This document shows, piece by piece, positions 20,952 through 31,004 of a DNA stretch of 64,000 nucleotides. How positions within the stretch are numbered: position 1 is the first letter of the stretch; each line of letters begins with the position of its first letter. Origin of the DNA: an uncultured bacterium (GTDB lineage: Bacteria; Fidelibacterota; UBA2242); contig CAZPQN010000009.1 of the NCBI GenBank assembly GCA_964588795.1, forward strand, positions 294 to 64,293, given 5' to 3'. The translations under genes were made by a program, and so were the position numbers. The notes beneath the pieces were generated by a model. It worked only from the letters and a program-made list of their open reading frames with translations, did no database searches and was not told the origin of the DNA.

Positions 20952-21881
20952 TTATACTCCGAGCAAAGTTATGCGCGGTGGTGCGGTTTCCAATCTGACC
21001 CGTACCCCAATCGGCAGGGTCAGACGCTGTTTGAGATGTCCATAGGCTAAATTGGTAAGAACTGGAAAATCGTAATCCTGCAGAGCAACGGTCAGATAAT
21101 CATGCAGCGTAAAGGAACGGTGCGGATTCTTCGGCAGGCAGTCGGTAAACTGCCCAACAATCATTCCGGCGATCTGCTTGAAAATACCGTGCAGGCGCAT
21201 GATCTGCAGATGCTTGTCCAAATGGTAGGTCTTCTCACCGATGTCCTCAATGACCAAAATCGCGCCCTTGAACGACGGCGCCCACGGAGTGCCGAGCAGA
21301 GGCGTGATCAGCGACAGACACCCCCCGATCAACGGTCCGGTCGCCTCTCCGCCGCGCCAGACTTGCAGGGGTTGCTCTGGTGGATTAGTCAGTTCGATTG
21401 GATAGGGATGTTCCATCACCATGCGCCATAGCCACTTGGCGCTGTAGTCGCTGAAATCACCACCCATGTCCGATGCGACCATCGGTCCACTGTAAGTCAC
21501 CCAACCGCACTGGGCCAGGAGCGCCAGCTGCAGGGCAGTGATGTCCGAATAGCCGACGAAAACCTTGGGCGGTCGCGCCGCCAGCCGGTCATAATCCAGC
21601 TTGTCCACCAGGCGGATCAAACCGTAACCACCCCGCACACAAATAACCGCGTCGATTGTGGGATCGAGTAAATATTCCTGCAGGTACCGCAACCTGAGCG
21701 TGTCGGAACCTGCCAAAAAAAACTTCCCCCGGTTCAGGTTGGGAGCACATTGCACCCGAAATTTCTGCTCTTGGAGATAGGCAAGGCCCCGCGTGGTGGA
21801 GCGGCGTTTGGCGGCGCTGGCTGGCGCTATGACTCCGATCTTAGCTCCTGTGCGCAAGGTCGGAGGAAGACGATACTGCAT
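20952..21881 (-). CDS. ldcA: LD-carboxypeptidase (peptidase S66, murein tetrapeptide carboxypeptidase)
   Basis: GAKIGVIAPASAA..., RLRYLQEYLLDPTIDAVICVRGGYG, nucleophile region VFVGYSDITALQLAL. Start set at the ATG giving MQYRLPP. Confidence 0.8.
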   Translation of the reverse strand: MQYRLPPTLRTGAKIGVIAPASAAKRRSTTRGLAYLQEQKFRVQCAPNLNRGKFFLAGSDTLRLRYLQEYLLDPTIDAVICVRGGYGLIRLVDKLDYDRLAARPPKVFVGYSDITALQLALLAQCGWVTYSGPMVASDMGGDFSDYSAKWLWRMVMEHPYPIELTNPPEQPLQVWRGGEATGPLIGGCLSLITPLLGTPWAPSFKGAILVIEDIGEKTYHLDKHLQIMRLHGIFKQIAGMIVGQFTDCLPKNPHRSFTLHDYLTVALQDYDFPVLTNLAYGHLKQRLTLPIGVRVRLETAPPRITLLGV

Positions 21882-22071
21882 ACTAACCTCTTTTGATTGT
21901 ATCCGGATTCCCGAGTATTTGCAGTTAATATAACCAGAAAAGGTCAAATGCAAACTGAAAAAGTTCGGCGTAGTAATAAAAAATTTACGACACAGGTTTG
22001 AGTTTTATAACGATTTGTCCTAATTTACCTATTGTGAGACCAGGCAGTATCTTAACACAAGGGAGTTTAAG

Positions 22072-23682
22072 ATGAAAGGCATGCAAAACAGCGGATTATT
22101 GATCATCCTGCTCTGGAGCGGACTGTTACCGCGGCAACTGACCGCCCAGCAAGCCACGCCCTTCGACCGGGTTGCCGGTCAGCAGGACTACGAGTTTCAG
22201 AAATCCATCGAGGAACAAGCCCGCGGTGACCTGAGCACCCTGCGGCAATTCATCGCCGATTCCCTGCGCCTGCTTTACGATGAACGGTATCACCAATTGC
22301 TTGATTCCCTTGAATCCCATTACGAAAATCAGATCCAGAACCTGGTGGCGGAACAAACGGACCTGAAAGCTCTTAACCAATCTTTGCTGGACAGCCTGCG
22401 CATCCAGAAATCACGTTTCAGTCTCCTGCAGAGCGGGCCGGTGAGTTTTGATCCGGTGCAGGAGGAAAAGCTCTTTCAGTTTACCAAAATGCTCAAGATG
22501 GAGACCAACAAGCGCAAAACCGGGAAATTGTTCTCCTCCGAAATCGAAAATATTGCTCCCTACCAGCTGGATGAGCTGGCTTTCTACTATCGCCTGTATT
22601 ACCCGGATGCCCGCGCAGATTCGGTGCTGGATTTCATTACGCAGGTTTATATCCGCACCGCGGACTGGGCCAAAGCCGAATTATACCTGATCAAATTTCT
22701 GTATCTGCACTCTGGTTCGCCACTATATGAGGAAGTAAAAAATATCCGCAGTGCCATATTCCAGACCGAGAAATATTTCAAACCGTACATGGCTTTTCTG
22801 TCCGATTTGGTGAATAGCGTTCCGCAGGAAGCCGACCAGGAAAAGGCCAATTTCCAATTTGTGGAGATGCTCAAAGATTGGCCGGATGCGGCCGTGCGCG
22901 AAAATTTCATCGCCGAAGGACGGCAATTCCTTCTGCTCTACCCTTATTCCGCTACGGCTCCACTCGTCCAGCAATGGATAGCAGAAACGCAGTTGCAGAA
23001 AGGCCAGCCGCATAGCGCATTCCTGACCTGGCAGAAAATCATGCTCCTTTATCCCGACAAACCCGTTTTCCAGAAAGGTTTGTATCTCACCGGGCAAATT
23101 CAGCAACAGCATTTCGCCGAATTTGAAAATGCCATCAAAACCTGTCGCGAATATATCCGGCGCTTTCCCGACGACACGCTCGCGGCGGACTGCCAGTACC
23201 GGCTGGCCAAAATGTACGATGAAAACCTGAACAACTGGGAAGCGGCGACGCAGGAGTACCTCAAATTTGCCGACCGCTATCCGCAAGCGCCCCAGACCAT
23301 TGCGGTTCTCAACCGACGGGCGGTGATCCAGGCCACGCAGATGAGCATGGTCGAGGAAGCAGTAACGACCTATAAACTGATCGATCAGCGTTATCCCGAC
23401 ACGCCCGCGGCACAAGAGGCATTATTGGCCGCTGGTAATTTGTATAACTCCAAGGCACGCTACGAGCAGGCGATCGAGGTCTACCAAAGCATTTTTCAGA
23501 AGTACCCGCAATCGGACAAAGCCGTCCAGGCTCTGGAAAAAACCGTCGTGATCTACAACAAAAAGATTAAAAACCTCGAGAAGACCATCGAGACCCTCAA
23601 CCTGATCATCGCCAATTATCCGGGAACCAAGGCCGAAGTCAACGCTACCAAACTCGTCAAAAAGCTGGAAAAGCCCAAATGA
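22072..23682 (+). CDS. Secreted tetratricopeptide-repeat protein with an N-terminal coiled-coil region
   Basis: Signal peptide MQNSGLLIILLWSGLLPRQLTAQ. Heptad-rich N-terminal third, then many TPR-like units (AKMYDENLNNWEAATQEYLKFADRYPQAPQ...). Sits between murein-recycling and outer-membrane genes; a BamD/YfiO-like role is possible but unproven. Confidence 0.6.
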   Translation: MKGMQNSGLLIILLWSGLLPRQLTAQQATPFDRVAGQQDYEFQKSIEEQARGDLSTLRQFIADSLRLLYDERYHQLLDSLESHYENQIQNLVAEQTDLKALNQSLLDSLRIQKSRFSLLQSGPVSFDPVQEEKLFQFTKMLKMETNKRKTGKLFSSEIENIAPYQLDELAFYYRLYYPDARADSVLDFITQVYIRTADWAKAELYLIKFLYLHSGSPLYEEVKNIRSAIFQTEKYFKPYMAFLSDLVNSVPQEADQEKANFQFVEMLKDWPDAAVRENFIAEGRQFLLLYPYSATAPLVQQWIAETQLQKGQPHSAFLTWQKIMLLYPDKPVFQKGLYLTGQIQQQHFAEFENAIKTCREYIRRFPDDTLAADCQYRLAKMYDENLNNWEAATQEYLKFADRYPQAPQTIAVLNRRAVIQATQMSMVEEAVTTYKLIDQRYPDTPAAQEALLAAGNLYNSKARYEQAIEVYQSIFQKYPQSDKAVQALEKTVVIYNKKIKNLEKTIETLNLIIANYPGTKAEVNATKLVKKLEKPK

Positions 23683-23751
23683 CATCCGGCCTGACCAGGA
23701 GCAGAGCGACCGTCGGACGACGTTGATCCGTCGTACCGCTTTTTTCACAAT

Positions 23752-26184
23752 ATGCTTTTCCGTCTCTATCGCATACCCTGGCTGAAACTTGCCACCTGCC
23801 TGCTGATGCTGAGCGGCCTTCTTGCCGGCGAGACGGAGCCTGCGCGTCCCAAAATCGGCCTGGCGCTCAGCGGAGGGGGCGCGCTGGGTTTCGCCCACAT
23901 CGGCACCCTGAAACTTTTAGACTCGCTCGACATCCCGATTGATTACATCGCCGGCACCAGCATGGGCGGGATCGCCGGAGCCCTGTACGCCGTCGGCTAC
24001 AGCGGAGCCGAAATCGAGACGCTCGCCTATTCTTTAGATTGGCAGGAACTTTTCACCGATCAGCCGACGCGCCCCTTGTTGCCTTTTTTCCAGAAAATAG
24101 ACGCCGAAAAATTCCAGTTTGAATTTGGCATTCGTGATTTTCGACCGGTAGACAAGGGCGGCGTAATCGCCGGCCAGAAAATTGCCCTGACCTTTGCGCG
24201 CTTGGTTCTGCCTTACCTGCACGTCCACGATTTCGGCCAGCTGCCGATTCCTTTCCGGTGCGTGGCAGTGGACCTGATGACCGGCAACGAGGTCGTGCTG
24301 AAAAGCGGCTCATTGCCCAAAGCCATGCGCGCCACGATGGCGGTCCCGAGCATTTTCAGCCCGGTGGAATGGGGCGACTCGCTCCTGGTAGACGGCGGTC
24401 TGCTCAACAACCTGCCGGTGGACGTCGTGCAGGACATGGGCGCCGACTTCGTCATTGCTTCCGTTGTCCGCAACCCCTACAAAGAAAAACAGGAATTGCG
24501 CACCACGTTAGATGTCTTGGCCCAGTCCTTCAATATCCTGCGGGACAATAAATTGGACTATAACGCCGATAAGGCAGACATTCTGATCCGGTGCTACCTG
24601 AAAGGCTCCACGCCGGCGGACTTCATCAATGCCCGCATCGGACGCATAATTTCGACCGGTGAAATAGCCGCCCATAATAATTTAGACAAACTGCTGGCCC
24701 TCAAACAGCAGTACCACCTGACCCGTTCGACTATTAAACAATCCCGGCCATCTCCGCAGGCGGTTACGGTCATCGGCAAAATTTCCATCACCGGTAACCA
24801 AACCATCCCGCAGACCGCCATCCGCGCCTGCCTGAACCTCACCGAAGGCGATCCTTATGTCGCCGACACCCTGAAAGTGAGATTGGACCGCTTAGCGGCG
24901 CTCGGCGATTACCGCCAGATTCGTTCCGAGGTTGTCAACCTTGAAGATGGCACCGTCGAGATCATCATTCGCCTGTTAGAAGAACTGCGCCCCATCATCT
25001 ATGCCGTGGATATTCGCGGCAACAAACGGCTGTCATTTGATTTCATTTACCGGTCGTTCGGGGTAGAGCCCGGCGATATTTTTGCGGTGCGCGAAATCGA
25101 GGAACGCATCAATTACTTGAACGGACTGGGGTATTTCAAGAACATTTACTACGAAATCGAGCCGCTCAACCGCACCTACATTCGCCTGATACTGCAGGTC
25201 ACCGAACTGCCACCCCAAAAACTGCGCGTCGGCGTCCGCTACGACGATTACCACCAGTTAATTGCGGCGCTCGATTACCAGTCCACCAGCGCCCTGATCC
25301 GCGGCTTGCGCTGGGATGCCGAGTGGCAATTCATCGGTTTAGACCAATTCAAGCTCCGCGCGCTGTATCCCTCGCGGCGCCTGAGTTATCCTCTTTACCC
25401 GTTTGCACACTTCGACACCCGGCATATTCCCACCTACCTTTACAGCCTGCGCGGTAACAAGATTGCCCGCTACTTCGACCGTTCCACCCAGGCGGGAGTC
25501 GGATTCGGCCTGCTCTGGAAAAATTACTGGAATTTCGAAGCCGAGGGTCTGTTCGAACATGTGGATATCCGCCCGGACATTGCCGCAGAAAACAGCCTGG
25601 ATTTCAGTAACTGGAAAGACCGGCTCTGGAAAATGGTCCTGGCTTCTAATTTCGACTTACTGGATAATGCTTTCGCGCCCCGGACGGGCTTACAGGCCCA
25701 TTTCAGCTACGAGCGCGCCTATCGCGACGATTGGAAAGATTCCAAATACACCCGGGTACAGTTTTATTTCAATCAGCATTTTTCGCGACATCATCATTAC
25801 CTGCGGCTGTACGGCTACTATGGCTATGCCTACCTGCAGGGCTTTTCCAACCGCTTCGTCTATCAGGGCGGACCGGAATGTTTTACCGGCGTGGAGTACG
25901 ACCAGCTCATCGGGACGCGGTTAGGTGTCGCCCGCTGTGACTATGCTTATGAACTGCTGAAAAACCTCTTTCTGCGGCTCAGTTTCAATACCGCCTTCAA
26001 TCTGCGCAACAGCTGGTTGGCGCCGGGACTGAAACCGCCGCCGATATACGGCTATGGCTGCGGGGTGAAATTTGTCTCGCCGGTCGGGCCATTCAATCTA
26101 CTGCTCGGTTACGGCGATAAGAGCGTCTTTTACCCCGGTAAAAAGCGCCTTTTGCTGTACTTTACCGCCGGGTACAATTTTTAA
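23752..26184 (+). CDS. Patatin-like phospholipase fused to POTRA + Omp85-type beta-barrel (PlpD-like, type Vd secretion architecture)
   Basis: Patatin motifs GLALSGGGALGFAHIG (oxyanion hole) and GTSMGG (GxSxG). The catalytic Asp region follows (LVDGGLLNNLPVD). A POTRA-like middle region and a C-terminal bacterial-surface-antigen beta-barrel ending ...LLLYFTAGYNF (aromatic terminal residue) complete the architecture. Confidence 0.75.
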   Translation: MLFRLYRIPWLKLATCLLMLSGLLAGETEPARPKIGLALSGGGALGFAHIGTLKLLDSLDIPIDYIAGTSMGGIAGALYAVGYSGAEIETLAYSLDWQELFTDQPTRPLLPFFQKIDAEKFQFEFGIRDFRPVDKGGVIAGQKIALTFARLVLPYLHVHDFGQLPIPFRCVAVDLMTGNEVVLKSGSLPKAMRATMAVPSIFSPVEWGDSLLVDGGLLNNLPVDVVQDMGADFVIASVVRNPYKEKQELRTTLDVLAQSFNILRDNKLDYNADKADILIRCYLKGSTPADFINARIGRIISTGEIAAHNNLDKLLALKQQYHLTRSTIKQSRPSPQAVTVIGKISITGNQTIPQTAIRACLNLTEGDPYVADTLKVRLDRLAALGDYRQIRSEVVNLEDGTVEIIIRLLEELRPIIYAVDIRGNKRLSFDFIYRSFGVEPGDIFAVREIEERINYLNGLGYFKNIYYEIEPLNRTYIRLILQVTELPPQKLRVGVRYDDYHQLIAALDYQSTSALIRGLRWDAEWQFIGLDQFKLRALYPSRRLSYPLYPFAHFDTRHIPTYLYSLRGNKIARYFDRSTQAGVGFGLLWKNYWNFEAEGLFEHVDIRPDIAAENSLDFSNWKDRLWKMVLASNFDLLDNAFAPRTGLQAHFSYERAYRDDWKDSKYTRVQFYFNQHFSRHHHYLRLYGYYGYAYLQGFSNRFVYQGGPECFTGVEYDQLIGTRLGVARCDYAYELLKNLFLRLSFNTAFNLRNSWLAPGLKPPPIYGYGCGVKFVSPVGPFNLLLGYGDKSVFYPGKKRLLLYFTAGYNF

Positions 26185-26273
26185 TCCTGCCGGCACATTT
26201 ATTAATTCTCCGGAACCCTCCGTCGCCTCCAGCAGGCTAAGCCGATCAGAATTATTACGGCGAGCTCAGCGGA

Positions 26274-27170
26274 TTATTTGTTTAATTTCAATCCGGCAAT
26301 CTCCCCGGGCAGGATGATCCGGCCGGGCGTGTTCAATTCCTCGCGGATGCGCATGAAGCACAATCCGAGATATTTGTCCTTGGACAAAAGGTTCTTGACC
26401 CATTCTTGGTAGGGTGTATCGAAAGTCGTCATCTTGCTATTGGATGATTCGCGGATGAAAAGCTGCCCATCCTTTTCGATTGCCATCAGCATATGCGCGG
26501 AGAAGATGTCGGTTTTGTTGGCAAACAGCAAAGAGAGGATATCGCCATTGCGGATGTTCAAGGCGACTTTCAGGAGTTCTTCTTTGGGCACGTAGTCGAG
26601 CGTGAGGGTGCGGTCGGGCAGGACGTAGCGCAAATCGGTAATGCCTTTGCCGGCGAAGAATTTCTGGTGTGAGATTGTACGCGTGACCTGGCGTGTGGCC
26701 GGACCGCCGACCCTGGCGCTGACATGCTCGAGAAGCCAGCTGTTTTCGGGCATCCAGTCCGCCATGGTGTAGTGGTTGCGGGTGCGCATCCCGATGAGGC
26801 CGTCCCTGTAACGGATGTGCTGGAGATTGTTAAAAAAGTTATCCCAGCTGTCCGAAATGGCGAGCGCCAAAACATGCTCGCAGAAAACCATGCAATTGGT
26901 CTCATTGAAATTGACCAGTGGCCAGGCTTCGTAGAGCGCGTAGGGACCGTCGCCGGCGCAGGTCAAATTGTACGGCATGCCGAGAAATTTTTCAGAATAG
27001 AGGCTGATGCGCTCGGTGATCGTCAGGTTGCGCTGACTGACGGCGGTCAGCAGTGAGTCAATTTCCCGGTTACTCATACGGTAAACCGGTTTATCGCCGG
27101 CCGGATTCTGGGCCATTATAAACGACGCCCAGATTAACAGGAGTAAGCCCCAGCGCCTTATCATCACCAC
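26274..27170 (-). CDS. Secreted hypothetical protein with conserved Cys/His (possible DUF1460 / amidase-like permuted papain fold)
   Basis: Signal peptide MVMIRRWGLLLLIWASFIMAQ. Conserved NETNCMVFCEHVLALAISDSW region. Immediately downstream of, and co-directional with, the T9SS amidase gene. The family assignment is tentative. Confidence 0.35.
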   Translation of the reverse strand: MVMIRRWGLLLLIWASFIMAQNPAGDKPVYRMSNREIDSLLTAVSQRNLTITERISLYSEKFLGMPYNLTCAGDGPYALYEAWPLVNFNETNCMVFCEHVLALAISDSWDNFFNNLQHIRYRDGLIGMRTRNHYTMADWMPENSWLLEHVSARVGGPATRQVTRTISHQKFFAGKGITDLRYVLPDRTLTLDYVPKEELLKVALNIRNGDILSLLFANKTDIFSAHMLMAIEKDGQLFIRESSNSKMTTFDTPYQEWVKNLLSKDKYLGLCFMRIREELNTPGRIILPGEIAGLKLNK

Positions 27171-27209
27171 CTCGATTTTTTTGGGTTTATCCGTTAGTCA
27201 AGCCGCGGT

Positions 27210-29699
27210 CTATTTCACCAGCACCATTTTGCGGGTCAGCACGCTCGTCCCGGCTTTCAGCGTATAGAAATAGGCGCCGGTCGGTAATAGGCTGGCATCG
27301 AATTCCACGGCATGGTAGCCGCCTTCTCGTTCTTCATTGAGCAACTGCCGGATTTCTTCCCCGAGCACGTTGAAAATGCTGAGCGTCACCCGCGTCCGTT
27401 CCGGCAGATAAAACGGCAAAGTCGTGGTGGGATTGAACGGGTTAGGATAATTCGGCAGGAGCTGCGGGTGCTCGGCCAAAAGCGGTTTTTCCGGTTTGAT
27501 CCCAACGCTGACTTTCTTCGCCAAACGCAGGTCGTCGAAATAAATGGTGCCGGTTGCGGTGGCGCCCGGGATATAGGTCAGTTGAAAACTGTCAATGCGC
27601 AGGGGATTGGTAAGCGTTCCGTCGCCGATCCAGGTGCCACAGCCGTCATTGGCCATGTCCCAGGTGATCAGTTTCCAGCCGATCCAGTTGATTGTATACC
27701 AGGGGCTGACCTCGTGGCCGGCGGCGTCATCCACAGCGAAGCGGAACTGGTTGCCGCTGCCATCGCCAAAGACATAGACCTGCAACAGGTAAGTGTTGTC
27801 GAAGGTAACGTCGCGCGGCGCCCCGCCCGTCAGGTACTCGCGGATCAGCCAGGCGCCGGCACCGGTATCCCAGGCATAATTCAACGCGAGGGATTTGGTG
27901 CTGTTGACGGACAAATTCAGGTAGGCCGTGTTTTCCGCCCGACTGGTCGCGGGCAGAATCCCGATCGTAGAGCCGCTGGTTTGAGGAGTCCACCAGTTAC
28001 TGGTCAGTCCCGTTTCGAAATTGTCAATCGTCGTCACCTGATAATCCGTAGTGCCGGTTTTAAAGGAATAGCTGGCGGCGGTATTGATACGGTTGCCGAA
28101 GATGTCGGTCAGGCCGGCGGGAATGGAGATGGTGTGGGTTTCGTTGGCACGCAGGTTTTCGCTCGGAAAGAATGTCAGAACACTTTTCGTGCCGACGATA
28201 TAATGTACCAATTGTCCCGGAACAACTGTCTGGGTGTTGAAGTGCTTGAGGATTACCGAGCCGGGGTGCACGCTCGTATCGGCCAGGAGTTCATTGTAGA
28301 TGATCGTGACGAGCGGGCGCAACTCGATATTGGTCGCGGTCTGCGCCGGATAGACCGACGCCACTTTGGGGGCGGTGACATCGCGGCTGGTGCGGAAGGT
28401 GATTACCAGGCTATCGCCGCCGACTCCGTCATGATTGCCATCAAACAAATGACCGTACTTGCCTATTGCCAGACCGCCAATCGTGAGCCGGTAAGTCGTC
28501 ATATTATCAAGACTGTCGGTGGTGAAGGTCAGCTGGCGGCTGTCGGTGGACCATTTGAAAACCCCGGGTTCCGCCGGCACTAAACTGAAATTGGCCTCAA
28601 CCGAGGCCCGATCCATCGGACGACTGAAATTGAGCGTGATTTTGGTGCCCACGATGAAAGCCGTATCGCCGTCAACCGGAGTCGTCGAAACGAGATAGGG
28701 CGGGACGGTCGAAATCAGATTGAAATCGCGGAAGGTGAAGAAATCGGGGCGGATGATCACGTCGGCTGAATCGCCGACATAATTGGGCGCGTTGACATTT
28801 AACCTCAGGGTATCGTTGGGCAGGTCGTCGAAGAAGTAAAAACCGTTGTGTAATTGTTCGGGATCAGTCGAATATTTGTAAAAAAGTGTGGCGTAGGTGT
28901 CGGTAGTGTAAGTCTCGCCATTCAAGCGGAGCGTCGCTCCGTTGATCGGCACGCCGGTCTCGATGTCGTAGACAATCCCGGTGCAGATGCCGATCGGGGG
29001 AATCGTGATGTGGTGATATTTAAGAATTGACCAATAGTAGGTATAAGCCTGCAGGAGTTTGAATTCGGCGTTCATGTTCAACTGGTTTTGGACGGCGTTG
29101 GTATGAAAGCCGGCTTCGGCGAGTTCAGAGGCCATGACCGTCTCGCGGTTGACGTGCAAATACGGGTACTTGTTGGCGTGATTGTCCGGGAAACCCTGGT
29201 AGAAAGTGCGGTCGGCGTAATTGCCGCGCGTGGGGGCGCGCATGCCGCGCGTCAGCAGATCCACCATGTAATCTGCCATGACCTTGCCACCCTTCGGATT
29301 CTTCTCGACGGTTTGTCCGTTTTCCCGCCAGCCGCCGTACATTAATAATGTGCTGGTATAGGTGGCGTCACCGGCGTCGCTGTGGATCGAATGGTACCAG
29401 GCCATTCCCAGGCTATTGGCATGATTGGTACGGGCAGTAAGGGTAACATTTTCGGTGTCGGTATAACGACAAAGCACGACGGTGTCAATGTCGGTATTTT
29501 GCACCAGAAGGTCGCGCAGACAAAGTGCCACCCGCAGGTTTTTCTCAGCTTCGGAAAGGCCGTAAATACCCGGGTTTTCCTTCTGGCTGTGACCCGGGTC
29601 GAGGAAAATGTTCCAGCCGCTCAAACCGGTCACCTGCTGAGCAGATAGCCTCAGGCTGGTACCGAGCAGTAACCCCATCGTTATTATTCTAATTTTCAT
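27210..29699 (-). CDS. T9SS-sorted N-acetylmuramoyl-L-alanine amidase (Amidase_3 catalytic domain + Ig-like/beta-sandwich repeats + Por C-terminal sorting domain)
   Basis: Signal peptide MKIRIITMGLLLGTSLRLSAQ. Amidase_3 zinc-binding motifs IFLDPGHSQ and AWYHSIHSDAG. Long beta-rich middle region. C-terminal ...RTRVTLSIFNVLGEEIRQLLNEEREGGYHAVEFDASLLPTGAYFYTLKAGTSVLTRKMVLVK is a T9SS C-terminal domain. Confidence 0.7.
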   Translation of the reverse strand: MKIRIITMGLLLGTSLRLSAQQVTGLSGWNIFLDPGHSQKENPGIYGLSEAEKNLRVALCLRDLLVQNTDIDTVVLCRYTDTENVTLTARTNHANSLGMAWYHSIHSDAGDATYTSTLLMYGGWRENGQTVEKNPKGGKVMADYMVDLLTRGMRAPTRGNYADRTFYQGFPDNHANKYPYLHVNRETVMASELAEAGFHTNAVQNQLNMNAEFKLLQAYTYYWSILKYHHITIPPIGICTGIVYDIETGVPINGATLRLNGETYTTDTYATLFYKYSTDPEQLHNGFYFFDDLPNDTLRLNVNAPNYVGDSADVIIRPDFFTFRDFNLISTVPPYLVSTTPVDGDTAFIVGTKITLNFSRPMDRASVEANFSLVPAEPGVFKWSTDSRQLTFTTDSLDNMTTYRLTIGGLAIGKYGHLFDGNHDGVGGDSLVITFRTSRDVTAPKVASVYPAQTATNIELRPLVTIIYNELLADTSVHPGSVILKHFNTQTVVPGQLVHYIVGTKSVLTFFPSENLRANETHTISIPAGLTDIFGNRINTAASYSFKTGTTDYQVTTIDNFETGLTSNWWTPQTSGSTIGILPATSRAENTAYLNLSVNSTKSLALNYAWDTGAGAWLIREYLTGGAPRDVTFDNTYLLQVYVFGDGSGNQFRFAVDDAAGHEVSPWYTINWIGWKLITWDMANDGCGTWIGDGTLTNPLRIDSFQLTYIPGATATGTIYFDDLRLAKKVSVGIKPEKPLLAEHPQLLPNYPNPFNPTTTLPFYLPERTRVTLSIFNVLGEEIRQLLNEEREGGYHAVEFDASLLPTGAYFYTLKAGTSVLTRKMVLVK

Positions 29700-29865
29700 T
29701 ACATCTCACTCATTAGTTATTAAGTACGTCCAAATTTACGATAATCGCCCAAATCGCCAAGCGCAAAAAGGGCTAACGGCGACGGTTCGGGTCGGTAGAA
29801 TGGTAAAAATTCGCTTTTTAAATCGTTTGGTTTAAATTACTGCCGGATTTTTCAAAAAGGGTAGT

Positions 29866-30687
29866 TTGAGGCATTTAACAGATTCCACAACCAGCTGGCG
29901 CAAGGTGGCGATTGCGACTTATGGAGCCCCTTTCGACAGCCGCATTTACGGCACTTACGAGATTGACGTAACCGAGACGGTGCGTTACATCGCCGAGCGG
30001 CGAGCGTTGGGCCAGCGCCTGACCATCACGCATTTCGCCGCGGCGGCTCTGGCGCGCACGTTATTCGAAGACGTCCCGGACATCAACGGTTTCGTGCGCC
30101 GCGGAAAAATGGTGTACCGCGCGGACGCGGACGTTTTTATCACCATCAATATCGCGGGCGCCAACATGTCCGGTATGGTGCTGAAAAAGTGCCAGGAACT
30201 CTCCGCGTCCGAGATTGCCGAGCAGATTAAACAGACGGCCGAGCGCAAGCGCGCCGGAGAGGAAAGCGGCGCCTTCGCCGCCAAGGACGTCATCGCCCGC
30301 ATCCCCTGGCCGTTCCGTCGCCCCTTTTTCCAATTCATCAAGTGGTGGATATTCGACATGGGCTGGACGTTTCCCTTCCTGAGAATTCCACCCGATCCTT
30401 TCGGCAGTATCATGCTGACCAACATCGGCAGTTTCGGTCTGCAGTACGGCTTCCCGGCGCTTTTTCCCATCGGTAAATTGCCGGCGGTCATCGCCATGGG
30501 CACGCTCACCCGCAAACCGGTCGTCATTGACAACGAGATAAAAATCCGCGACATCCTGCCGCTGGCCGGCACTTTCGATCACCGCATCGTGGACGGCGCC
30601 CAATCCGGAAAACTGACCAGCGGCGTGATTGCCCGCCTGCAGAATCCGGTGGCGCTCGATCTCCCCCATCGCTGTACAACCACTTAA
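29866..30687 (+). CDS. 2-oxoacid dehydrogenase E2-type acyltransferase catalytic-domain protein (stand-alone; no lipoyl or subunit-binding domain)
   Basis: C-terminal LPLAGTFDHRIVDGAQSGKL is the DHRxxDG catalytic His motif of the 2-oxoacid dehydrogenase acyltransferase / CAT-like fold. Only 273 aa, with a TTG start. Confidence 0.55.
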   Translation: MRHLTDSTTSWRKVAIATYGAPFDSRIYGTYEIDVTETVRYIAERRALGQRLTITHFAAAALARTLFEDVPDINGFVRRGKMVYRADADVFITINIAGANMSGMVLKKCQELSASEIAEQIKQTAERKRAGEESGAFAAKDVIARIPWPFRRPFFQFIKWWIFDMGWTFPFLRIPPDPFGSIMLTNIGSFGLQYGFPALFPIGKLPAVIAMGTLTRKPVVIDNEIKIRDILPLAGTFDHRIVDGAQSGKLTSGVIARLQNPVALDLPHRCTTT

Positions 30688-30712
30688 CTATTAAATAGTG
30701 TAGAGGCGAATT

Positions 30713-30892
30713 ATGACTGAAAAGGAAATCAAAGTATTAGAAGCCATGAAAAAAGCCGGCCAGCCGGTCAAGGCGGGTGACGTGGCCGAGATGCTCGGCA
30801 TGGACAAAACCGAAGTCGCCAAGCTCATCGCCGCGCTGAAAAAGCAGGGCAAGGTCACTTCACCCAAAGTGTGCTTTTACACACCCAAATAG
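30713..30892 (+). CDS. Small winged-helix DNA-binding protein (59 aa; BirA-N / HTH_11-like); below the 60-aa cutoff of the supplied ORF track
   Basis: GAGG RBS 7 nt upstream of the ATG. Product MTEKEIKVLEAMKKAGQPVKAGDVAEMLGMDKTEVAKLIAALKKQGKVTSPKVCFYTPK. The pattern GDVAEMLGMDKTEVAKLIAALKKQG parallels the BirA N-terminal wHTH (GEQLGETLGMSRAAINKHIQTLRDWG). Fills an otherwise empty gap with clean coding frame. Confidence 0.5.
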   Translation: MTEKEIKVLEAMKKAGQPVKAGDVAEMLGMDKTEVAKLIAALKKQGKVTSPKVCFYTPK

Positions 30893-31004
30893 CATCTGTT
30901 CATCGCCGGTTGCTAAATTATTAATCACCGAACATATCCGATTCTGATACACGGCGGGCCGATACTGACCCGCTCAGGATTCTCACCAAGGTAAGGAGGT
31001 CAGT

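Noticed and set aside
27312-28583. 423-aa antisense ORF inside the T9SS amidase gene
   Set aside because: Same reasoning: mirror-frame ORF of a high-GC coding region, Gly/Arg/Ala-rich, no domains.
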